Below are positions 39,848-53,301 of a stretch of DNA of 64,000 nucleotides, piece by piece; position 1 is the stretch's first letter, and the number at the start of each line of letters is the position of its first letter. Made by a program: the position numbers and the translations under genes. Origin of the DNA: Paramecium tetraurelia (lineage: Eukaryota); the NCBI GenBank assembly GCA_000165425.1, contig CT868563.1:186001-250000 (forward strand). Direction: 5' to 3'. The notes under the pieces are model-generated. The model was given only the letters and a program-made list of their open reading frames with translations. It had not been told where the DNA came from and did no database searches.

Positions 39848-41599
39848 ACTTTAATTATTTTATATAATTATTATATTTTCTTTAAGAAAAATCTAAACAT
39901 CCAGCAAATAAATTTGATTCAAAGATTCAATAAACATAAAAATTACTAGACTATATTTTTTATCCTTTTCATAGTTCTGAATTCTATTTGATTTTTATCG
40001 ATTAATTGATTCAGATATAAACCCAAACTATTTAAATTAAACCTAAAATTTAGTTTCATTTTTATTTCACTTCATTTTGTATAAGATTGCATTCATTTTT
40101 AGCTTAGATATCAAATACATTTTTTTAGATCCCTTCTTTTCACTTAGAGTAATTAGTTGTAATCTATGTTCATCAATATTTGAAGCTCTTCATTTAAAAT
40201 TAGTAGATTGATAAAATATTTTATGTCAAATATAAATCCAACTATTTTTATTCTGATTAATTCGGTTTTAATATTTATTATTTTTATCAAACCCATAATT
40301 TAAAACTTTTGACTTTTATATTTAAGAAGAAATTAGTTATTTAAAAATTCAATTGAAAATATAAGTAACTTACTAAGAAGAATTTTTAAGATAGCAAGAA
40401 GTGCATTTTGGAAAAGATTTGATATTAATTATATGGATGCATTTATAAACGCTATCTATATACCTATAATAATTTAAAATTGAAATATTAATTCGGATTC
40501 TAAGTGGATTTCTCAAAATAATTACAAGAATATATATATTTTAAAGAAAAAAAAAGTGTTTAGTAGTAATGTGTTAGAAGATTGGCATTTTAGAGTTTGG
40601 AAAATATCTTTTGGATGCGTGAAACTGAAAAAAGAAATTTAAAAACACTCTATATGTCAGAAAGATCTTTGTATTGTACCTAGTTTGTTAAATTATTTCT
40701 CGAATTATTCTTTTAGAAGATTATTAATACCCTTTAAACCTTTAGAATACCAAATTATTAATTATTGTATACCATATTATTTATATGATTATGAAAATGC
40801 TTTTCATTGAAAAAATGGAACATTTACTAATTACTTTTAAAATAATTTTAGAAATTTTAACATGATTCCAATTAGATTGAAAATCTAGAATAGTTTTAGT
40901 TTTTTTCCCGTTTAAATATAGAATTGTTTTAAAATTAAAATGCCACTATTTGTTATAAAAATAAGATTTGAATAACAAATGAAATTTCTTATAGAGTTTT
41001 TCAAAAGATTCTTAATTGTCCTTATTATTGAAATAATTTTTTTGATATTTGGAACTTTGGAATGATTCTAATATGTTTATCGAAAATATGAAGTATTTGG
41101 ATTTAAGAATCCTTTACATAATTCTATTAGTAGATTATCTATTGCTTTAAGAATTAGATTCTTAATCGAGACTAATTAAAAACAATTAATTTATTAATTG
41201 ACACTTAAAAAATGCCTTAAGTAAAAATAGTAGTAGAATACCTTAGAAATAAAAAGAATTACTATCATTAAGATTATATTAATTACCTAATAAGATCCCT
41301 AATAATTAGAATGAGAAAATTAAATTCAGAACAGGAATTCAGAAATATTAGAAAAACTTTTTGAATTTTTTGGAACTTTTAGAACTTTTAGAATACTTAA
41401 TGTTTTGGAAAATATGATTGGAATTTAATCTCTTAATTAATTAGATTGCTTAGTCTATTTTAGGATTATGACTTTAATAAATGAAGTTTTATATTAGGTA
41501 CTAAGGGATTATGTTGTAAAATATTGAAAAAAGTGTTTCTTTTTGATATTTTATGATATAATAAATTAATATTTAGTATAATTCATGAAATTTATGAAG

Positions 41600-44390
41600 T
41601 TGAATCAAAGACTATTATCACCCTGCAATTTAAGTTTGTTGTTTTATGTATGAATTTTAAACAAATGAAGTATTCATAACGTGTTTAAGTACAATGTGAT
41701 GTCCAACAGAAACTAAGACTGACTTTGTTTAATTCCTGATATTTGTTCAGATGAATAATTCAAGTAGATTACTTTATAATAGGATTCCAATCTTGGTTTC
41801 TGTTTCAACTTAATTTTACCAATATCTGTTGCTAGTGCTCATTGTATTTACTAATACCATGTGGAACATCACAAGATTTTGAACAAAAGATTATGCAAAA
41901 TGAAAAAGAATGTAGTTAACTTAATTTTAGGATAAATAACTTGAATTTGAAGAAAGAAAAACTAAAGAGAAAATAATAATTCAAACCCATAGAAAATCAG
42001 AAGAAGAGAGATTTATTCAAATATAATGGAATGAAGAGATTTAAGAACCTTAACTACAATTATAAATCAACAACCAAAATCTTACATATTGACGTAGATA
42101 GATTATTATTAGGCTACGTCGCTGGAGTAGTAGTGTTTTATCAAGACCCCTGAATTATACCTAAAAAATAAAAGTTAGATCTGAACCTAAGATACTCTTA
42201 ATTAAATTGAAGTAGATAAATTAATTTTAGGTTCAAATGCTTTGTTACTCATGTTGAACTCTTAAAAAACTAAGAAAAATCAATCAAAAATTTTCAAAAT
42301 TTTATTACATTCAAAGAAGATCTAAATTAATCGAAGTAACTAACCTTATTTTAGATTCCTCACCTGATGTATGATTAGAAAACTTTGATTAATAAATGTG
42401 AATTAGATCTCTAAAAAATTCTAAACAAAGAAACATGTGTTTGAATCTTAGTATTGAATTCTAATGATAATTTTGAATATAAAGAACGTGTCAGAATACA
42501 AAATAGCTTATAAAGAAGATCTATCCTTTATATTTATCAAGTAATGGATTCTATATTAGATTCACTGACTGTGTAGTACTTTTAGAAGAATTAATTGAAG
42601 CTTTAGAAGAGTAAAGACTTTGTTTTAAAGTATTTATTTTAACAAAATCAGAAAATAAATTGTTGATGTTTTGACTCCTTGTTGAACCAAAAGATCCACC
42701 CTTTAACAAAGATGAATTCTTTTCTTTCGATTCCAGAACCGCGAAGATGATAGAACTAAGGAATAATGACCAACTTGCCAGAGACACACTAAAGAAGATT
42801 AAGACTTAAGACAATATCGAGTAGCCAAATGAGATCCAATAGAGACAGAGAGACTATCCAGAAAGACATAGAAGTTTCTACCTTGTTCTTTTCCAGTTGA
42901 GCCAATTATCAATATTTCTTGAGAACCAAGTGGTCCACCCATGAGACAAGACTTAAGATAGAAGACATCCAAAACTTCTTTACCACGGAGAACGACAAGA
43001 CTATTTTCAGATTTCCAAAAATTCTCTTCTAAGAAATAAGATTCCCTTTACAGAATGATTCCTTTACTTCCGACTTGACTTGATACCCAAGATCAACAAT
43101 TCAGACTCAGACAAATCTTTCTAAGATCCCTTTTCCTTTTAATTTGCAGACCTATCACGAAGATCAAATATTGTGGACCAATCTCAGATGCCAACCCTTT
43201 TATATTATCATATTAAGACAACCTTGTTGAGTTCCCAGATTTCTCTATTACTTAAGCAAAGACAATTTCCTTTAACTAAGAGACGATTTCCTTTAACTCA
43301 GAGACGATTCCTTATATTTTAAGAGCGAATTCAATGAGAATATTTCTTATTATCAATTTGTTTTTGGAGCCTTACTTGAAGAGCAAACAGAATTCCTTTT
43401 TAAGAACTATAAGACAGACAGACAAACAGACCTTCGACAGAATTTATATTAATAATGCAGATGCTTTTTGTTATTTAAGTGCCTTTGTTGACTACTCGAG
43501 AATCCCTATTTATTCTAGATAATGATTTGAAGTGCCATCCATTATTTCCTGAAGACCCCAATAAGACCCTGTTTTCTAATTTAAAATTCTTAACTATCCC
43601 TTTGACGAAAAGACCTTTTAAATCTGTTTTAAGATCACTATTTTTGATTTGATGATGCTTTTTTTTGGAATAATGAATTCCCTTGTGTCCTTCCTTGAAA
43701 TGAACTGATAATTTGAGTTTGAAAGTGCAACCCAATTAAAGAGTAGAGCCAATCAATTAAGAGTTGTGCCTTCCCCTTTATTGAGTTGTGACTTGAGCCA
43801 CCAAACCAAATTGGAAGTGTACACTTTGTGATAATTGCCCCCCTCCCCCGTTGCCCCTCCGGAGATCCAATTTGTGTCCAATGAATATTAATTCATGGAA
43901 AATTGGTCCCTTTCCCATAAATTTTATGGTTGCCTTAGAATTGTGTATGTGCAATTAAGTCCCTTCAACACATTGATGTGTTTGATATATAAAAAACCCT
44001 TGGGCTTTGCTAAGAGACGTTAGACATGCCGATTAGAGGAGAGAGAGCACCTAAAGAAAGAGAGGCGGAAGAAATAAACAGAGGGCGGACTTTGAGCAGG
44101 CTTAAGACAGAAAAGGAAAACTTGGAATCAGAAAATGGATATGGAATTTGAGAACATGAAACTAAAGTTGGAAATGGAATCAGAAATTGGAATTGGATGA
44201 GACAAAGAAAAAGCGAAAGAAAAGAGAAAAAGGGCATGAAATCACAAATTATGCTTACAGGTAAATATTTATTAATAGGTACTCAAATCATAATGAAATG
44301 AAATTGGCATAACAGAATTGATTCAGAGAACTTAGACCACGGAGTGGAAAGAGAGTTTTGGATCAAGTTTGGATGTGAATTTTATACATT
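41600..44390 (+). pseudogene. Decayed gene, possibly tomosyn/Lgl-like WD40 protein; GC-elevated, many in-frame TGAs
   Basis: Fragments KILHIDVDRLLLGYVAGVVVFY (Lgl/tomosyn-like WD strand) and ELDETKKK...EKGM...FWIKFGC near the 3' end, plus a remnant intron at ~44261-44278. Repeated TGA stops and frameshifts throughout. Confidence 0.35.
43261..43313 (+). repeat. 21-bp tandem duplication (~2.5 copies)
   Basis: gacaatttcctttaactaaga / gacgatttcctttaactcaga / gacgattcctt. Confidence 0.8.
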
Positions 44391-44424
44391 TGTACATAAT
44401 TTAAATACAAACAAACAAAAAATA

Positions 44425-45936
44425 TCAATTTTCTTAATCATCTTTGAGTTAACCTTTTTTCTTATTGCTATTATTTTTGGCTGGAGTAGCTACCTGCCAT
44501 TCAGGATAAGAGGAATCTCTATCATGATGCAAATAACTAAAATTTTTAGAAGATATTACATCCATATTTTCTTTTCTTAATCATATTTAACACATGGGTC
44601 AGTAGATTAATGCAATCTGTCCAAAGCTCCTGAAATGATAGAACTCATTTTCTCTTCTGGTAAATTCTCATTTATGTATTGCGAATCTCTAACTAAATTG
44701 ACAATATCTGCTCTTGTTCCAAATCCTTTTGGCAATCTTGCTGAAGCATCTCTTACTAGAGATAATATTGTAACATAGGTAGGTCTTTCATTCTTAAGCA
44801 ATTCATGTTATCTTGGTTTTTAACTTGATCCTGATATTAGTTTCTTAGCCACGGGAGCCACTGTTACTTTAGAACCATCTATGCATGTAAAAGTATAAGG
44901 TTGGAGGGGATTTTAATATCTTTCTCTTTCTTATTTCCAATAGAATTCTAACCATTCTCTGTTGGTTTATCCATTAGGAATGTTAGACTCTTAAACATTT
45001 TAGGTTTGATTTTTATTCTATTACTTTATTGATTTTTTAGCTTGCATCAAAGCCAAAGTCATGGCAGTTGTAGCAATTGATGTTGATGTTAATGGAGCCA
45101 ATGGTGTTATTGGAGTTATGATAAATAAGGATTGGGCTGATGGTATAAATTACTATTGGATCTGAGGTTGAGGCTACAAAGAATATTGCTGAACATTAGC
45201 TGAGGATTATGATTGTGATGTTTATGTTGAAAATCCCTCCTCTTCAAATTCTTCATTATTGTCATCTAACTTCATTTATTTACTTATTTCATCATCATCT
45301 GAAATTGATGATGGAGATCTTTAAAATATGATTCTTTTCTTCCTTTAAAGTGCATTCTAAATTCTGTTCTGATCTTTATGAAAACTATCATATAGATTTG
45401 AATAATATTCATTCAAATGATTTCTAGAGATCTTCTGTTCCAATTTATCACATATTTCTTTATTCCTTGTGAAATATCCACTTTTCATTTTTGTCAGGAA
45501 AATATTTAATGGGCTTCCGAATTGAAAATTTTTAGTGCCTTCTATCACATCTTGGAATAATTGCAAATCTGCCTCAGGTAATAGGCAACATAAAGAATCA
45601 ATTTCTTGTTTTGTGAAATTGTCAACAGAAAAGACCTATTATATAAATCTCATTACATTTTCCAAAGATGACAAGGCCATAATACTCAATGGGAAATTAT
45701 ATTATTGACCTTTGTAATACAGAATGATTTTGTCTCCCTAAAATACTAGAAATTATTAACACAACATTTACTCACTTTATTCTTCATCTTCTCCTTCATC
45801 ACTTGAAAACTATTTATAATTGTCATATAGCATTTCTAACAATATTATTCACACAATTACATTATTCTACAAACTACTCTAGGTTCTTCTTATTGATTTA
45901 ATAGGTCTTTTGATAATGATCAACACGCGAATTCAT
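44425..45936 (-). CDS. NFRKB: NFRKB (INO80 complex subunit G)-like protein
   Basis: DEUBAD-like N-terminal part (EIDSLCCLLPE...NFQFGSPL), QERERYQNPLQPYTF, and the conserved block LLKNERPTYVTILSLVRDASARLPKGFGTRADIVNLVRDSQY...SGALDRLH...DPCVKYD...KIWIYLH. Short introns. TGA 44425-44427. Confidence 0.88.
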
Positions 45937-45980
45937 TAACAAATTTAGAATATAAAAAATAAGTTATTATAAATTCAAAT

Positions 45981-48618
45981 TCATGGTTCTTTTGAATTCT
46001 TTACTTCATTAATTACAGAGATTATATCTATAATCTTGATTGGCTTTGATACAAAAGCATCGAATCCTTTCTATTGGCATTTCTCTTTTTCTTTTAAATC
46101 ATCATATCCAGTCAATGCAATAATATAGCTTTTTGGAACGAGATTGTTGTTCTCCTATACTTTATTATATTTTATCAATACCAGTAATCGAATTTATTCA
46201 GTAGCTTCGTATCCATTCATTATGGGCATAGTCAAATCCATGAATATATATTGATATCTTTGATCATTAGTAATACCCGATTTTATCTTTTGAAGCGCTT
46301 ATTCTCCATTGTAAGCTTCTTCAACTGTTATAAAATCGTATTTGGTTAAAATCAATCGAAATGCAATCACATTGACAGGGGAATCATCTACAACTAAAAT
46401 TGTACAAGGTTCTGGGAATAGCTTTTTCATCATGTCATCAATAGATTCGGTTATTTATAAAGGTTTGCGTTGTCTATTCTAAAGTGGGGGTGATTCCATA
46501 CTATCAATTTGATACAAAGGAGTATTCAAAGAGCTATTAATATCAACTTACTTATTGATTTTCTTAATCAACTTGGCATGAGTAAGTTCGCTATTTAATT
46601 CAAGATACTATTCCATGTTTTTCTATTTTGAATGATCTGAATCTTCAACACTGCATATATAGCAGAGATTGCCAAAGTTCCCTTGATTTTCATGTTTAAC
46701 TTAACACTTTTTTTAGGTCTTCTTTCTCTGAACCTTTCTGAGTTAGTAAATTGAATTAGACAATTTTCTATCTTGAATTTCTTGTAGAGTTGAAATACCT
46801 TTTTTATTTAGTTTCTTTTGGTTCTGCATTGGAGGTGCCAATAGAGATTAATTGAAAATAGTAAATTAGGATGTTAGTAATTAATTAGCAGAATTTTGAT
46901 CATCTGATATCTATTTTGTATCCTGTTTATAAAAGTTTGTCATCTCTTTTGAATTGGTAATGGTGGTCAGATTTCTTTAATCATTATTAATATAAACATC
47001 AAAACTAAATTTAGAACCCACTCCAACTTAACTTATCAAATCAATATTATCAGTTGGTCCTAATAATCCAACCAATTTCTTACAAATAACTAACCCCAAT
47101 CCAATGCCATGCTTATTTGAACCATTATTGGTGAAATCAAATGTTCCATACATCTAAAATAACTTAGGTTTCACATTATCGGGAATGCCCACTCCTGTGT
47201 CTGAGACACTTATGGTGATAAGTCTGACTTACTAATTTTCAATTTCACTATTTTTATAATCAACAACTATGTCGATTTTGCCCTTTTCTGTAAATTTTAG
47301 AGAATTACTTAAAAGATTCAACAAAATTTATTTGATTCGATTAGGATCAGAATACATCAACCTATCTCCAAAAGTAATCTTCTTTTGCACAATTATGCCC
47401 TTCTGATTTGCTTAAAGGGAGACCAGATCAATGATTTCTTAGACGATGGCTTGGATGTAGAAGGTTGTATTGGTTAATCTTAAGTTGTTCTTTTGTATCC
47501 TCGAAAAATCCAGGATGTCACTGATCATATACAATAATAATTGAGCCCACTTTTTTAGTATAATTAAATAATTAATCTCCACTTAATCAACGACTATTCT
47601 ACAGAAATTATTAATATAAATACTATTCTAAATATTATACAATGGCAACAATTCCATTTATGGGAGTCTTGAAATCATGTGACACACTAACCAAGAGGTC
47701 ATCTTTATATTGGTCTCTCAATTTTAATTCTTCTATTTATTATAACTATTGCTTTTCGGATTGCGATTAGAAAATCAACATGATGGCTGGCTACTATTCC
47801 CAAATGACTTCAAGGACATCAATATCAGCAGGAAAGTAGTTTTGGATTTACTCCTTTTGTTATATTGTTGTTGAGTAAGTTTCAAGAGTGCAATGTTCAA
47901 ATCGTTTTTTGCTATGATATTGATATGACCTGTTTTTTAAAAACTTTTTTTTATTTAAGTAGGTTGCCAGACATTCTTTGTTTGATTTAGATGTAATATT
48001 CTTGATAATTTAAGGCGTAAGTCCGTGATAATCAATTCTAAATTAATTTGTCATGAACTTGTATTCTAGCATTAAATCATATCATGCACTCATCTTAAAT
48101 GATGCAAACAGATATAGGAAGGGATTCTTAGAAGAAATCAAAGATTTAGCCAATCTGATGTTTCTCATCGCTTGGGGTTTTATGCTTCAAATATAGGGCT
48201 ATATGATTAATTCAAATTAATACATCTCAGAATCATGATCAAATATCCAAATATGGTGAGATAAGCCAATGGTTACGAGCTAAAATGACTCCTAAAAAGG
48301 ATGTAAAAGAAGCAAAACACAAAATATATTATTTTCTATGTGTCAAGTAAAATGAAAGCGCTTAATAACAATCTCATACTTAGATAAAAACCTAATATCT
48401 AATATAACAATGGTTTTTACATTTTCATCTGCGTCCAATAATTCATTTGATAGACATACACTCCCTATAAGCAAAATTAATAAAATTTTTTGTCCGAAAC
48501 ATCCAAATATCAATAGTAAATCTATTAACAAATAGTAATTATCTGTTTAGTCAGTAACTCCATTATAAATTGCTAGTACAACGGATTATAAAATCAATGT
48601 GCCAATAATAATTATCAT
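45981..48618 (-). CDS. Membrane hybrid histidine kinase (TM region, HisKA, HATPase_c, receiver)
   Basis: H-box VSHDFKTPINGI, N-box RIKQILLNLLSNSLKFT, G1 VSDTGVGI, G2 GIGLGLVICKKLV. Receiver ILVVDDSPVN...IFMDLTMPIMNG...IIALTG...SKPI. TGA 45981-45983. Confidence 0.9.
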
Positions 48619-48649
48619 TTATTTTAATTAAATAATTATATATGTATAT

Positions 48650-49197
48650 TTCTTATTTCTATTCCTAGACTTCCACATACATATATTATATATTAATAAA
48701 TATATAACAAAAATATTATTTCTAAGTATCTTTTTTTCATTCTTTAATGCCGATAGATTTAAACAAGAATTCGTTATTCTTTATTTGTCTGTTATTTCAA
48801 TATTTAATATCAAACCACTGCACATAATAATGATAAAGACATATTCATCTGTTATATGTACTATATAAATCTTTGCTGCCTTTATACCCATTAACAATAG
48901 GCATGTCAATATTCATGGAATGAATCTATTCTACAACTAGGTAGTATCAGATTAATTATTCTTCACCATTCCTAAGGTCTTGATTCCCTCATAAGTTCGA
49001 TCATATTTGATGATAAAATAATTTAAGATCATAATAAATGCTAAATGATTGATATGGATATCACTTAGAATCAGCAAATATTTTATGATATTATATGTTA
49101 ATCTTGCTTTTCTGAGGGACCTAAACACATTCATTAGTTATAATTACAAAAACGAACTCATTATGATGGATTTATACTCAAATTTGTGATTATACAT
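48650..49197 (-). pseudogene. Hydrophobic (TM-like) gene remnant upstream of the histidine kinase
   Basis: The frame FIP*ILTCLLLMGIKAAKIYIV...VFIIIMCSGLIL has an in-frame TGA at 48913-48915, in a position where Trp (TGG) would fit. Confidence 0.3.
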
Positions 49198-49996
49198 TTA
49201 TAACATCTTAAATATTCGAGAATGGAAACTTTCTTTTTTATGATTGAACAATAGTTTTCTGCTTTGTAATTAGAATTTGTTATGTTTTGATTATAATTCA
49301 ATTCAATGATTTTGAGTTATGTATTTTTTATAAATTATGTAAAAAAAAGTGATGTAATACAAGCTATAAAATAGAAATTGCGAATACAAAAAATATAAAA
49401 TTGAGTAAATTCTACAAATCAGGCTTGGAATTGATATAAATAAATTATACTTTCTTTTCAGAGAATATTTAAGTTTTACTGTTTAATAATTTATTTATTT
49501 CCTAATCAATTATAAATTTACGTGTGAGAATATCAAGAAAATAAATAATGTAAATAGAATTACACCTTATCCTAATCTATTAATTTTGAAACTTGAAAAG
49601 GAATAGTTCAAAGTTGCTATAATAAAAAGTGTAAATAAGTTATCATAGAAGCTAAATTTGAAGCATTATAATTTTGAACTATTTCCAAAACCAATTTGGA
49701 TTCAGCTCAATCAATATGATTAAATAATAAAATTAGAGGCTGATATTATTTATATAAATATCTCAATAGAAACCTATACCAATAGAATGTTTAAGGGAAT
49801 ATATTCTCCTATGCTTTACTGCTTATATGCTTTAATCGGGTTATTCAAATAAGTAATATGAACTAAAAAACCTCATTAGAATTTTAGGCTGAAAATAAAA
49901 ATAGAAATTTTGATTTTAAATGATTATTTTCTTTTAGGATAAAAATAATAATAATGGGTACATCATTCAGGGGGTTGCTAGTAATAAAATTATTCA

Positions 49997-50626
49997 TCAG
50001 ACATTTGCCTACGTTTAAATTATTGGGCTGCTAAATAATGATTGGTGTTTACATGATATCATTCTTCCTGTAGATCTAGTTTCAAGGGATTTCCTAGCTA
50101 AATCATTATAGTCTTGATTGAGTTCTAAAATAATAAGACTGAAATATTACTTGTCCTCTTTAATATAATTTATTTGTATATTTCATTCTTTTCATTATCA
50201 TGGTACCAATAATTTTTGTTATAAATTGACGAAGCTGATTATAGTCGAGAGAGAAACTTTTGATTTTCTTAGTTAATTTTGAATTTCTCGAATTTTCGTT
50301 AGTTAAGATTGCTCACATGTGATAAAGATAATGGCAATTATCCAGAACTTTAACTTCTTAAATTTTATCTCTAAATATCCATCATTTTAGATAGCAAAAT
50401 ATTATTTTGATGCATGATTTTATTCTCCTCCTCTTTGTTAATTTTTATATATTAAATTACAATGACTATATTTGTTGTTAACTTTCGATAACGAATGAGA
50501 TGGTTTCCATGGTTCTCCATTATTGATTGTCTTCCTCACGTTTTTACAATTTAATAATAACCTCTCCTAATCAGAAACCAATTTCTTTTTCTAACATATT
50601 GGATTAATTGAGATTATATTCCACAT
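49997..50626 (-). CDS. CFAP97/Hemingway-domain ciliary protein
   Basis: KNVRKTINNGEPWKPSH...EENKIMHQNNILLSKMMDI...SNLNQRKFEKFKINQENQKFLSRLQSASSIYNKNYW matches the CFAP97-type motif pattern. Two short introns. TGA 49997-49999. Confidence 0.7.
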
Positions 50627-51129
50627 TATAATTAATAAATTAATATATAAATCACCCCACTTACACATTCGCATATTTTTTCCTCATTCCCTTCATAATT
50701 TCTATTCCAAATCTCCATCTCCTGCGTATTACTATGCTGCAACCTAGAAAGACAATAAAATAATTAATGCCAAATGTGAAAATAACTTCTACTAATAATT
50801 ATGATTGAAAGTCTAAGAATACTTCATTTATTGAAAAGAGACTTAACTTTTATTTGTTCATTTTAATTAACTTATTATCCTATTTTAGGATTTTTTCAGT
50901 TATTCATGTTGAATTTTCAATTTATATTCCATTATTGTATTATTAGTTTTAGAATGTAAAATGATAAGTTAAAATCGAATAGTCGCATTAGTTAGTTACA
51001 CATTACTTATTTAAGATTGAAATAATAATGAAATTTACAATTATATTTCAGTATTGTTGATAATTTTATAAATTTTAATTATTTTGCAAAATAAGATGAA
51101 TCGAAAAGGCTGATGGAAGTGAAGAAGAG

Positions 51130-51494
51130 ATGATAATTATTTAAGTTGAATTACTTAAAAATTCTTATTTGGTGGATGGGAAAATAATTGTAATATTTTA
51201 ATTAATTATCATTTAGTGTATGGAATGTGAATAAATCAATGAAACTTTGGCTAATTTCGGAACACATTTGATTGGTTAAAAACATAAAGGTACCTGTAAG
51301 TGAATGCTTAAATAGATTGGAGAATGAGGCATTTATGGAATAAACACTAGGAAATAAATTAGCAAGACAATAAATAGAATGAATAAATAAGGAAGTGTAT
51401 TTTGAATTTGCAGAATTTGAGCAAATAACTTATAATAAAAGTTATTAAAACGAATTGCCTGAAGATAATAAAAATAGTTAAAGGATTAACTTGA
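51130..51494 (+). CDS. Small U1/matrin-type C2H2 zinc-finger protein (model uncertain)
   Basis: After a 27-nt intron: CMECEQINETLANFGTHLIGQKHK. Start and 3' exon structure are ambiguous, and a second coding-like frame to ~51658 contains a TGA. Confidence 0.35.
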
Positions 51495-51680
51495 GTAAAC
51501 AGATCAAGAAATTGTTATTTAGATTGAGAAATGGATAGTCAAAAAAAAGCGAGAGGACTTTAAAGAATATAAATTTGAAATAAAAGAAGGTCGAAATTGA
51601 TTTTGAACAAGCAGGATAGCTAGAGTCAATTGAATTAGAAGTAAGAGAGTAAAATTGACAAATTATATAATATAATTAAT

Positions 51681-53301
51681 ATGTTAAATTTATAAACTGT
51701 TTTAAGGGGATTTGAGGAGAATGGATTAAAATAAGAGTAATATTTCAGTCAGGATGAAATTTTACATAAATTGGATATAATGGCGAAACGGGAGTTCGAT
51801 CGAGGAATTGGTGAATAAATATTTGAATAATGTCAACCTATCTAAGAGAATTTGAAATTGTTATTTAGACTAGCAGATGTTAGTTAAACCTTGGTTGATG
51901 CTAGTTTAATATTGAGTGAAAAGATTAAAAAAGCAGAACTGTAATTAAAGCTAATCTCTTAGAATAAGACAATTTGCGAGAAATAATTAGATGAAACATG
52001 TTTGCTATCATCTTATAATTAGCGGTTTACTCTGATACAAGATACTTGTTTTTGACATTATTGTGCGCAAAGAATATACCATTAAAGTTAAAATACTCTA
52101 ATTGCCACATACAATTGACTTTGGGTGTAACAAATTAAATAGCAAGACCAGAATAATAATATGATAGAGTAAATCCAGAATTCAATTAAGATTTTGAATT
52201 GTAATCAAAATATACTTAACCTTAATTTTAAGTTAAATCCCTCCAACGACAACATCCCTTTCGATTCAGTTTTACATTCAGACTAATGCAGCTCCAGCAA
52301 CTTTATGGGGATAAGCATATTTGCAAATTCAGCAATTAGATGATTCAGCAGTAAGAGATCTAGAACTGTAATTGAAGGATCCTTAAGGCAGAGAACTGGG
52401 AGCTAGCATCGAAATAGAAGCCTAGATAGTATTGAATAAAGTATTCCTGTCAAAGATAGTTAGCATCAATATCTGTAAACTCAATTGCAGAAGTTTGAAT
52501 AAAAAATTTATACCCTTGAAAATGATTTGAATGAGTACAGAACCGATTTGGATGTAGTGGAGAGACCATTTAAGATTAAATTATTTAAGGAGTAGAGTTT
52601 CAAGGACTAAAAGAATGATATGTTTGAATAATTCGATCAGCAATAAATGATGAATGAGATGGATTAATAGAACCCCAATTAATTATAGGCATCTGAACAC
52701 AAAGATTAAATAATATCTGCATTATAATCAGAAAAGCTCTTAGATAAGTTTGATGAAACACCAGATGCTCCTGAGATCCTGCAACATGGTGTCATCATAT
52801 TCACTATTTATGGTTTGATCACCTTATTTGTTTGTTCTGCTAAACCCTCTTTCTTAGATGTAATTGTCTAATCATTTTGTAGGTCTTGGTTTGCCATGGT
52901 CTCATGTTCACAATCTTCATGGACAGATTCGAGCCATTCCATTTAAAGCTTGTTGGAGGAGGCCTAGTAGCTTCCATCTTTTATGATATCTTATGGATGA
53001 AATAATACCATGTATGATAGATCTCATTTCTAGTTATGGTGGGAAAGCGATGATCAAAACAATCCAGAATGGGGATTGAAGGCACAAACCTTACTAAGAT
53101 TTGTTTTAGTTTTTACTTATATCCAATTCTTGTATAAAGTATTATACCTATCATTATTAATAGTTTGTTGTCTGTTATTATATATATTAATTTCATAGAG
53201 AATCTATTGATCCCACCAAAAGATACATTTTTACAATTTGGAGAATTTAATATAAAGTAGGTAAAAGTAGGGGTGAGAGTTCAACCTGGTAATCAATGTG
53301 A
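51681..53301 (+). CDS. C2-domain protein with coiled coil and C-terminal multi-pass membrane domain
   Basis: N-terminal KREFDRGIGEQIF, C2 domain YLFLTLLCAKNIP...VNPEFNQDFEF, and C-terminal hydrophobic helices including SIFYDILW. Several short introns. TGA 53299-53301. Confidence 0.75.

Noticed and set aside
43261..43313. Short direct repeats as a CRISPR-like array
   Set aside because: Contiguous tandem copies with no spacers, in a eukaryotic context.
45981..48618. Histidine kinase as bacterial contamination or recent horizontal transfer
   Set aside because: It uses TAA/TAG as Gln and has typical tiny spliceosomal introns, so it is a resident gene.
50652..50861. Short minus-strand ORF (~69 aa) with a hydrophobic stretch
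   Set aside because: No recognisable motif and ambiguous start and splicing, so support is insufficient.
11440..51660. In-frame TGAs as selenocysteine or read-through codons (near 12175, 48913, 51380 and in 42300-44390)
   Set aside because: No selenoprotein-like redox motif or recognisable SECIS hairpin. Accompanying frameshifts favour decay or unresolved introns.
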